Shown piece after piece: positions 56,528 through 64,000 of a stretch of 64,000 nucleotides of DNA (position 1 is its first letter; the number at the start of each line of letters is the position of its first letter). The stretch is from Phycisphaerales bacterium (GTDB lineage: Bacteria; Planctomycetota; Phycisphaerae; Phycisphaerales; UBA1924): contig OZ245777.1 of NCBI GenBank assembly GCA_965227775.1, positions 2,016,001 to 2,080,000 of the forward strand, written 5' to 3'. The notes beneath the pieces were generated by a model. It searched no databases. It saw only the letters and a program-made list of their open reading frames with translations, and had not been told where the DNA came from. A program made the position numbers and the translations under genes.

Positions 56528-59380
56528 ATGACCACGCTCGCTCATCGCGTCATCCGCCCGTGCGCCGTTTTGCTTTCGTTCGCGGCGGCCGCTTCCGTTT
56601 CGGCCCAACAGATCGACCGCGACCAGTTGCTGCCCGAAGACCCTCGTCTCGTCCGCGGCACGCTCGAGAATGGGCTTGAGTACTTCATCGTGCCCAACGC
56701 CGAGCCGCCCGAGCGCGTCGAGCTCTGGCTGCACGTGCACTCGGGCTCGCTGAACGAAGAGGACGACCAGCGCGGCCTAGCCCACTTCCTTGAGCACCTG
56801 GCCTTTGCGGGCAGCACCAACTTCCCGCCCGGCACGGTGCGCCCCTTCTTCGAGAATCTGGGCCTTTCCTTCGGTCGCCACCAGAACGCCGTGACGGGCT
56901 TCGACCGCACGGGCTACACGATCAGCCTGCCAAACGCCGAGCCCGAGTCGATCGATGCCGGCTTGCTGTTCCTCAGCGACGTGGCGAACAACCTGCTGCT
57001 GCCCGAGAGCGGCATCGAGCAGGAGCGCAAGATCATCCTCGAAGAACGCCGCGCGAGCCTCTCGCCGCAGCAGCGCGTGCTCTACGACCTCATCGAGCGC
57101 ATCGCGCCCGAGAGCGGGTTCGGCCAGCGCATCCCGATCGGCACCGAAGAGGTGCTGACGACCGCCGGCCTCGAGCCCATCAAGCGGTACTACGACACCT
57201 GGTACGTGCCCAGCAACATGACGCTTCTCCTCGTCGGGGACATCATGCCGCAAGACGTAACCGGGAGGATCGAGGCCTTGTTTGGGCAGGGCGAGTTCGT
57301 TCCTCGCCCCGAACCACGCGATGCCGGAATCGTGGCCACGCGGGGTCGCAGCGCGATCATCGCCAGCGACCCCGAGGAAACCCGCGAAGAGGTCGCGATC
57401 AACTTTATCGACGTTCCTGGCGGCCCCACGACCACGCTTGGTCAGTACCGCGATGATCTCGTGCGATCGCTCGCAACCGCCATGATGAACGACCGCCTGG
57501 GCGAGGGCGTGCAGGACGGCGAACTCAGCATGCTCGGCGGCAGCGTCAGCACGGGCGACTTTGCCGGCGCCATCCAGTGGACGCAGGCAACCGGTCGCAG
57601 CGAGAACGGCCGGTGGAAGGAAGTCCTCCGAGAGATGGGCCGTGAGGTCCGCCGTGCGACCATCCATGGGTTTACCGAGCCCGAGCTGGAGGACGCCAAG
57701 CGTCGGCTGCTGTCCAGCGCCGAGCGAGCCGTTGAAGGCGAGGCAACGAGGCCCAGCCGCATCCTGCGAGGCGCCGTCGTCGACTCGATCGCGAGCGGCG
57801 AGCCCTTCATGAGCGTCGCACAGCAGCTGGAGTTGCTGCGCGAGCTGCTGCCCGGCGTCACGCTCCAGGAGACCAACGCCGAATTCCGCGAGGTCTTCGC
57901 GTTCGAGGACGCGGTGTTCACGCTCCAGACGCGCGAGGACGAGAACACGCCCACCGAGTCCGAGCTGCTGGCCGCCGGCGAAGCGGCACTGAGCGCCGAG
58001 CCCGACGCCTATCGGGCACAGGCTCGCGCCGAGAGGCTTTTGGATCAGACGCCCACCCCCGGCGGAATCGCCGAGAAGGCGGTTCACCAGGACTCCGGCG
58101 TCACGAGCCTGTGGCTCGACAACGGCGTACGCGTGCACATCAAGCGAATGACCGAGCGCCAGGGCGAGGTGCTTGGCTCCATCCACGTCTTCGGCGGGCT
58201 CGTGCACGAGACCGAGGACACGCGGGGCCTGACCGATGCCGCGACCACCGCGCTCGCGCGCGCTGCGGGTGGCGGGCTCAGTTCGACACAGATCGATGAC
58301 CTGACGACCGGTTGGAAGGCTCGTGTCCGTGGCGGTTCGGATGCGGACAGCATCTTCGTGAACTTCAGCACGACCCCCGGCGAGATCGAGAACGCCCTTA
58401 CGCTCGCGCACCTGCTGCTGACCGACCCGATGGTTGAGGATGCGGCCATCGAGCAGTGGCGCCGCGGTCAGCTGCGCACGCTCCAGATGCTCGACACCAT
58501 GCCACAGGGCGCGGCGCTCAAGGCCGTCATCGAGGCGATGTACCCGGCGGACGACTCGCGCCCCAGCTTGACGCCCAGACACCGCATCGAGGCAATCGAT
58601 ACGCAGACCTCGCAGGCGTGGCTCGACGAACAGCTGACGGGGCCGATGGAGGTTGCGATCGTCGGCGACCTTGACGTCGACGCGACCATCGAACTCGTCC
58701 GAACGTACCTCGGCTCGCTGGAGTCGCGGCCGCGCGTATCGGATCGCACCAACTGGGAGGTGCGGCAGATGGAACGGCCCCAGGGCCCCATCGAGCTGGT
58801 CAAGCGCCCGGCGGTCTCGACCCCGCAGGCCTATGTCGTCGCCGGCTACTACGGGGCCGATCAGTGGGACACGCGCGACGTGCGGGCTCTGCGGTTGGCC
58901 GCCCGCGTGCTCAACAGCCGGATGATCGATCGCATCCGCGAAGAGCTCGGCTATGCGTATAGCCCCAGCGTCTCGCACCGGACTGCTCGGACCTGGCCGG
59001 GCTTTGGCCTGCTCAGTGTCCAGACTACCACGGACCCCGCGACCGCCGACCAGCTCGCCAACGAGGTCCGCTCGATGTTCGAGGCGTTCGCAACCGACGG
59101 TCCGACCGACGAGGAGTTGGCGATCGCGGTCGAGCAACTCCGCAACGTCCACGACGAGACGGTGCGCAACCCGGCCGCCTGGCTCCGTGAGCTGCGGACG
59201 CTCGACTATCTCGGCGGCTCGCTCGACGAGATGGCGAAGGAGCGCGACGCCCTGGGTAGCTTTACGCCCACCGAGCTGCGTGACGTGTTCGCAAAGTACG
59301 CCGTGGAGGACGGCCGCATGCGGATCATCGTGCGGCCAGCCGAGGCTCCAGATTCATCCGATGGTGATGGCGGCGGCTGA
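56528..59380 (+). CDS. M16 family zinc peptidase (PqqL-like)
   Basis: Signal peptide; GLAHFLEH; repeated LxNG domain starts. Confidence 0.92.
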   Translation: MTTLAHRVIRPCAVLLSFAAAASVSAQQIDRDQLLPEDPRLVRGTLENGLEYFIVPNAEPPERVELWLHVHSGSLNEEDDQRGLAHFLEHLAFAGSTNFPPGTVRPFFENLGLSFGRHQNAVTGFDRTGYTISLPNAEPESIDAGLLFLSDVANNLLLPESGIEQERKIILEERRASLSPQQRVLYDLIERIAPESGFGQRIPIGTEEVLTTAGLEPIKRYYDTWYVPSNMTLLLVGDIMPQDVTGRIEALFGQGEFVPRPEPRDAGIVATRGRSAIIASDPEETREEVAINFIDVPGGPTTTLGQYRDDLVRSLATAMMNDRLGEGVQDGELSMLGGSVSTGDFAGAIQWTQATGRSENGRWKEVLREMGREVRRATIHGFTEPELEDAKRRLLSSAERAVEGEATRPSRILRGAVVDSIASGEPFMSVAQQLELLRELLPGVTLQETNAEFREVFAFEDAVFTLQTREDENTPTESELLAAGEAALSAEPDAYRAQARAERLLDQTPTPGGIAEKAVHQDSGVTSLWLDNGVRVHIKRMTERQGEVLGSIHVFGGLVHETEDTRGLTDAATTALARAAGGGLSSTQIDDLTTGWKARVRGGSDADSIFVNFSTTPGEIENALTLAHLLLTDPMVEDAAIEQWRRGQLRTLQMLDTMPQGAALKAVIEAMYPADDSRPSLTPRHRIEAIDTQTSQAWLDEQLTGPMEVAIVGDLDVDATIELVRTYLGSLESRPRVSDRTNWEVRQMERPQGPIELVKRPAVSTPQAYVVAGYYGADQWDTRDVRALRLAARVLNSRMIDRIREELGYAYSPSVSHRTARTWPGFGLLSVQTTTDPATADQLANEVRSMFEAFATDGPTDEELAIAVEQLRNVHDETVRNPAAWLRELRTLDYLGGSLDEMAKERDALGSFTPTELRDVFAKYAVEDGRMRIIVRPAEAPDSSDGDGGG

Positions 59381-59810
59381 CAGAGGGCGCTCTCGGGTGT
59401 ACCTCAAACGCAAGCGGGCCCGCTTCACGCGGGCCCGCCGGCAGACGGTCACCCTCGGGCGTCGACGCCCGAGCAAGAGAGGGAGAACTGGTCACTCGTC
59501 TGGCGATCGTACGAGCGAGCCAAGCGATCCATCAACCGATTTCTAGAAATCTCGTTGCCGTCCAGGGCCAGCCTCAACCGCAGCCGAGAGGGAGAAGGGA
59601 CTGCCGCCGCCCACCGGTCCGCTCGTGGAGAGACGCGACCGGTGGGCGAGCGAACAGTTCTCCCTCTATTGAGAACATAGCCCCGAATAGCGCAAGAAGT
59701 GCGCATAAGTACGTACGAAGATTGTGTTCAAAATAAGTAGAAGCCCGCGCCGTCGCCCATCCGTTGCGTCGCGGACCGGCGGCCCCACGCTCCCGAGATC
59801 CTCGTCGCGA

Positions 59811-60719
59811 CTACGGACACCCAGCGTCGAACTCGTTCTGGAACGCAAGGAAGTCGAAGAGCGTGAGGCTGCCGTCGCCGTCGAAGTCGGCGCGCGGGTC
59901 GCCGGTGTCGAACAGGTTCTGGAATGCCAGGAAGTCGAAGATGGTCAGGGCGCCATCACCGTCCAGGTCGGCCCGGCACGGCGAGATGATGGCCACGTCG
60001 AACACCCGCACGTCGTCGATCGTGCCGAGGAACTCATCGTTGGGCCCGGCTGTTGGGCTGCCGGTAAACCTGCCGCGACCTCCGATCGAGAGCTCGAAGT
60101 CATTCTGCGCCGTCGAGCCGAACCCGGCGGGAATGGGCTCGATGGCCTCGACGATGCCATCGACTGCGAGGAGGAGGAAGTCGCCCGAGCGTGCGGCCAC
60201 GATCTCGTGGGGCTGCCCGTCGTTGACGGGTGTCACGCTGGCCAGGCCGACGCTCAGGGCGCCGTCGGCGGAGATGGCGAATATCACGGCGCCGTCGTCG
60301 CGCCGGACGGTCATGGCCCAGCCGTCTTCGCTTCCGAGTTTCTCCTTGTTGATGACAAATCGACCGCCGGGGGCGCCCGGCTCGCTGTTGTCGGTCACCA
60401 CGACCGCCGCGACGGAGAAGTCGCCATCGGCCAAGTCGAACGCGTCCTCGTCGCCCAGGGGGCGGACCTGTTCGTCCGAGACACCGTCGAAGTTGACCGC
60501 GAAGCCGCCCATGAAGGGCGTGAAGGCGATGCCCGCGCCCAGGACGCCGTCATACGCCGTACCCAGCGTGCCGCTATTGGCCGTCGGGTTCGAGGCGTCG
60601 TCGAAGTCGTAGTGCAGGATGGGCTCGGGCGTCTGGGCGCTCGCGGCCGAGGCGAGTGCGAAGGCGGAGCATGCAAGTGCGGCGACGGCATTCAGTTGGG
60701 CGGAGCGGGTGATGGACAT
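59811..60719 (-). CDS. Secreted LamG-like protein with GC-type dockerin
   Basis: HYDFDD, VNDGQPH, GTIDDVRVF; dockerin tail. Confidence 0.88.
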   Translation of the reverse strand: MSITRSAQLNAVAALACSAFALASAASAQTPEPILHYDFDDASNPTANSGTLGTAYDGVLGAGIAFTPFMGGFAVNFDGVSDEQVRPLGDEDAFDLADGDFSVAAVVVTDNSEPGAPGGRFVINKEKLGSEDGWAMTVRRDDGAVIFAISADGALSVGLASVTPVNDGQPHEIVAARSGDFLLLAVDGIVEAIEPIPAGFGSTAQNDFELSIGGRGRFTGSPTAGPNDEFLGTIDDVRVFDVAIISPCRADLDGDGALTIFDFLAFQNLFDTGDPRADFDGDGSLTLFDFLAFQNEFDAGCP

Positions 60720-60740
60720 CTTGGATCTCCTCTCAGCGAC

Positions 60741-60769
60741 AGCATACCGGAACTCACCCTGCCACGCAA
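60741..60769 (-). promoter_or_regulatory. Sigma70-type promoter
   Basis: TTGCGT-N17-TATGCT, then GAGAGGAG and ATG 60719. Confidence 0.65.
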
Positions 60770-60822
60770 GCGCAAACCGGCCGGTTGGCCCGGTATCACT
60801 CCTAAGCCCTGCGTCTCGCGTG

Positions 60823-60908
60823 CTACGGGCAGCCGGCGGCCAACTCGTTCTCGAACGCGAGAACGTCGAAGATGGTCAGCCTTCCGTCGCGCCATCGAAG
60901 CCGGCCCG
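60823..60908 (-). pseudogene. Degenerate orphan dockerin tail remnant
   Basis: RAGFDG[+2 nt]DGRLTIFDVLAFENELAAGCP*; frameshifted, with no recognisable gene body. Confidence 0.75.
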
Positions 60909-61075
60909 AAGTCCTTACTTGGCAGTCGGATACGGATCGAGCAAACAGGCCGAGATCGTTGGTCCGGGGCCCGCAAGAGCTGAACGTGTCTTTGGACTCC
61001 AGCAACTGAACCCGCTTCGTCCACGCGCGAAGGCAGCCTGAGATTCCGATTGACGAGTCTCTCGGCTACGAGCGG

Positions 61076-61417
61076 CTACGCGGCGACGTCTCGGCGGAGT
61101 CGCGCCAACTCGCTCGCGATCTCGCCGGTCGTGGGGAGAGGCAGAAGCTTCAATCCGACGGCGTGACCCAGCTCGGGCTTGTAGCTCACGCGGACCGTCT
61201 CGGCGAGAAACCACTTCGAATCGGGCTCGAAGTTGACCTCGACTATGAGCTGACGCCCCTCGTGGATCATGCTCTCGACAAACGCCCCCATGCCAGACTG
61301 GCTGATGTCCGACACAACGCCGGGCACAGAGCGAGACACGTGGCCCGTCTCGTCCAGTTCGTGTACGGTGGCTTCAAACTTCACTTCGAACCGCTCGCGA
61401 GCTCGCTGTTCCTGCAT
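61076..61417 (-). CDS. PilZ domain protein
   Basis: QRARER (RxxxR) and DISQSG (DxSxxG) c-di-GMP-binding motifs. Confidence 0.85.
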   Translation of the reverse strand: MQEQRARERFEVKFEATVHELDETGHVSRSVPGVVSDISQSGMGAFVESMIHEGRQLIVEVNFEPDSKWFLAETVRVSYKPELGHAVGLKLLPLPTTGEIASELARLRRDVAA

Positions 61418-61550
61418 CTACCACGTTAGTTCGAGATTCTGCGCTGGCCGTCGAAGTTCCAGTAGATGTTTTCCGCCTCCCCGATCTAGGGGGGATTGCT
61501 CGTTTGCGCGGCATGGACTGGATTGTCGGCAAGCACCCCGGTGTTTGTAG

Positions 61551-62489
61551 CTAGACGACGATGGGGTTGGGTGGTTCGTCGAACAGGCCTTGGCTCGCGC
61601 CCTCGTCGTAGAGCTTGGCGAGCGCTGCGCGGCCGGTCGCGCCCATGCTCGCCGTCAGCTCGCTGACGTACATCGAGAGGTAGCGGTCGAGGAGATCGTC
61701 GTCGTGCCACTCGGGACGCGTTTCGGCGTGGAGCTTCAGGTACGCTCGCGTGTCTTCGGGGTTGGCGCGGGCGTGGGCAACGCTCTGGCTGAGCAATCGG
61801 CTGACCTCGGCGATGGTGCCCGCGCCGTGCTCGGCGTCGAGCGCGGTGCGGACGACGTTGAGGCCGAGCGGCAGGGGGTGGCCGGTCTTGTCGATCCACC
61901 ATGCGCCGAGATCGAGCAGCTTCTTGAGGCCCATGCGCTCGAAGGTCAGCTGCGCCTCGTGGATGAGCACGCCCGCGCCGACGCTTCCATCGAGCACGGC
62001 AGGCGCGATCTGCTGGAAGGGCATCTCAACGAGCTCGATGTCTTGGCGGGCATTACCGAGGACCATCTTGAGCACAAGCGCTGCGGTCGTGCGGGCGCCG
62101 GGGATGGCGATGGTCGGCTTCTGCGCGCGGACGCAGCCGTCGCAGTGCAGGGTCGAGTCTTCACGGGCAACGAGCTTGGGCCCGTATCCCTCGCCAAAGC
62201 TCGCGCCGCAGTCGGTGATGGCGTACAGGTCCGAGAGTGACGGCCACGCCGCAGCGCTGATGGCGGTGATGTCCAGCGGCTCGCTTCGTGCCGTCGCGTT
62301 CAGGCGTTCAACGTCTTCAGGCTTGGGCTCGAAGGCGAACCGCCCAGCATCGATGGCGGGGGGGCGAACCTGCTGACCTACGGGGTCGATAAAGCCGGTC
62401 AGCGGCCACCACATGGCCATGTCGTCGGCATCAGGCGAATGGGCGAGCGTGAGGGAAACCTGCTTGGTTCCAGTGGGCGGCTGGGTCAT
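61551..62489 (-). CDS. mqnD: 1,4-dihydroxy-6-naphthoate synthase (futalosine pathway)
   Basis: AHSPDADD, GASFGEGYGP, LIHE, DLG.WW...PLPLG, MYV. Confidence 0.88.
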   Translation of the reverse strand: MTQPPTGTKQVSLTLAHSPDADDMAMWWPLTGFIDPVGQQVRPPAIDAGRFAFEPKPEDVERLNATARSEPLDITAISAAAWPSLSDLYAITDCGASFGEGYGPKLVAREDSTLHCDGCVRAQKPTIAIPGARTTAALVLKMVLGNARQDIELVEMPFQQIAPAVLDGSVGAGVLIHEAQLTFERMGLKKLLDLGAWWIDKTGHPLPLGLNVVRTALDAEHGAGTIAEVSRLLSQSVAHARANPEDTRAYLKLHAETRPEWHDDDLLDRYLSMYVSELTASMGATGRAALAKLYDEGASQGLFDEPPNPIVV

Positions 62490-62536
62490 GATGAACGATA
62501 GTGCACCGGGAGTGCACGAAGACCGTACGATGGGGC

Positions 62537-63775
62537 ATGCGGCATTGGTACGGGCCCGGACCACGGAAGGGGCGGGAGGACACGCGCACGGATGAAGCGC
62601 CGCGAGCCCGTGCGCGCCGGCTACCGCAGTGGGCATCGACGCTTGTTCGCCGTGCGAACGTGGTCGGGACCGCCATCGCGTCGCGTTTGCCGGTCGTTGA
62701 GTCTCGTGGGGCCCGTTCTGCAGTGTCGGTCGCGGTGTCCATCTGCGTGCACGCCGTCGTGCTGGGTGTTCTGGCGCTTGCCTTGCGCGGGGTAGCCCAG
62801 CACGGGGGCGGGTCGGTCATCAGCCTCGATCTGGGCGTTGACGTGGGTGAAGCCGAGCAATTCGCGCTTGCCCCCGCGCCGCGCGAGGACTCGACCGAAT
62901 CCGAGTCGCCCGACGACCGGATCGAGCCAGACAAGCCAGAAACCAGCGAGGCCGAGCGCAGCGCGGCCACCGCAAGCCGACTGAGCGGCGCTCTGGAGCG
63001 AATCGCGGCGGCGCCCGTCCCACAGGCCGAGGCAGCGCCGCTCGACCGCGGCACCACGCCGGGCACGGCCGCGCCGCTGCTGGATCGCGGAACGAGCGAG
63101 AATTCGCCGCTGGACGCCCTCCGAGAGAACGCCCAGGCTCCCGTACTCGATGGTGCAAGCTTTGCCGGTGTTTCGGCCAACCGTGCGTCGAGCGTGGTGT
63201 ATGCCGTCGATGGCAGCGGGGCGATGATCACCAGCTTGCCCTTCGTGCTCGAAGAAGTACGTCGCTCGGTCTCATCACTCGCCGACGACCAGCGCTTCGC
63301 CGTCGTTCTCTTCGGGCGTCGTGCGGGCGATGAGGGGGGTGGCGTGCGTGCCTTCCCACCACAGGGGCTGCGCCGCGCGACGGCGGGCAGCAAGGCGGAG
63401 CTATTCCAATGGCTCGAGACTGTGCAGGCCCGCGGCGCAAGCAACCCGCTCGATGGGCTGCTCGCGGCGATCGACCGCGAACCCGAAGTCGTGTTCCTGT
63501 TGTCGCGGAGCATCCGCCGGACGGACGGCAGCGGCGGCGACCGCACGCGTGGCGGCGACTGGGGACCTGGCCGCGAGGCGATCCTCGCCGAACTCGATCG
63601 TGCGAACCCGGTGCGCAAGAGCATCTTCGGCCCCGCGGCACGGCTGGTACAGGTCAAGTGCGTGCAGTTTCTCGAAGAAGATCCAACGGGCGTGATGCGC
63701 GCCATCGCGAGCGAGCATGGCGGCGGGCCGGGCTCGTACCGCTTGCTACCAGAATCGGAGCTTCGCCGGCGATGA
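62537..63775 (+). CDS. Membrane-anchored vWA-like domain protein
   Basis: TM with His, acidic linker, VVYAVDGSGAM, VFLLS. Confidence 0.75.
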   Translation: MRHWYGPGPRKGREDTRTDEAPRARARRLPQWASTLVRRANVVGTAIASRLPVVESRGARSAVSVAVSICVHAVVLGVLALALRGVAQHGGGSVISLDLGVDVGEAEQFALAPAPREDSTESESPDDRIEPDKPETSEAERSAATASRLSGALERIAAAPVPQAEAAPLDRGTTPGTAAPLLDRGTSENSPLDALRENAQAPVLDGASFAGVSANRASSVVYAVDGSGAMITSLPFVLEEVRRSVSSLADDQRFAVVLFGRRAGDEGGGVRAFPPQGLRRATAGSKAELFQWLETVQARGASNPLDGLLAAIDREPEVVFLLSRSIRRTDGSGGDRTRGGDWGPGREAILAELDRANPVRKSIFGPAARLVQVKCVQFLEEDPTGVMRAIASEHGGGPGSYRLLPESELRRR

Positions 63776-64000
63776 TGCGTGCAAGCCTTGTGGTCCTACT
63801 GCTGTTCGTGTCGTCCGCCTACGCCCAGGACGCCGGTTCGCAGCGCGCCACGATGGTCGGACGGGTTGAAGCCGCCGTCGCCGAGGCCAATCGCGATGGC
63901 ATCGCCGCCAGCGAACGCATCGCGGCATTGGGTCGGGCGATCGAGGCACGATGGGCGCTCATGACGGCGTTGCCATCCGACTCGCACGCGCCGATCTGGA
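63772..64000 (+). CDS. Secreted protein (partial, runs off window end)
   Basis: ATGA overlap; MMRASLVVLLLFVSSAYAQD signal peptide; open to the end. Confidence 0.7.
   Translation, partial: MMRASLVVLLLFVSSAYAQDAGSQRATMVGRVEAAVAEANRDGIAASERIAALGRAIEARWALMTALPSDSHAPIW

Noticed and set aside
60823..61005. 60-aa ORF as a real mini-dockerin protein
   Set aside because: Tail homology is broken by a 2-nt insertion and there is no signal peptide; treated as a remnant.

Overview
GC-rich bacterial window, most consistent with Planctomycetota (Phycisphaerales-like), judged from the many C-terminal GC-type dockerin proteins, PEP-CTERM-like proteins and CxxC...CPECG membrane proteins. Housekeeping and metabolic genes include coaE, a 2-oxoacid dehydrogenase E1a/E1b/E2 cluster, acyl-CoA dehydrogenase, enoyl-CoA hydratase, ResB/CcsA, putA, ribF, a DHH phosphoesterase, glyA, pgi, an M16 peptidase and mqnD. 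They are interleaved with two expanded accessory families. (1) Nine secreted proteins carry unrelated cargo domains fused to a near-invariant dockerin-like tail, five of them in one array, and two orphan tail remnants each sit just upstream of the promoter of another dockerin gene. (2) Eight membrane proteins carry a CxxCxY...CPECG zinc ribbon, including a tandem array with conserved ends, divergent cores, mosaic DNA identity and two disrupted copies. Other notable signals are a pervasive TANNNT-N5/6-start (leaderless-type) motif that often reuses the upstream stop codon, a gene flanked by degenerate 21-bp periodic DNA, a Met/Gln/Pro-rich linker in E2, a minimal APH(3')-like kinase and an apparently inactive S26 homolog. 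No rRNA, tRNA, CRISPR array, transposase, integrase or reverse transcriptase was recognised. All calls are by eye; no database searches were run.
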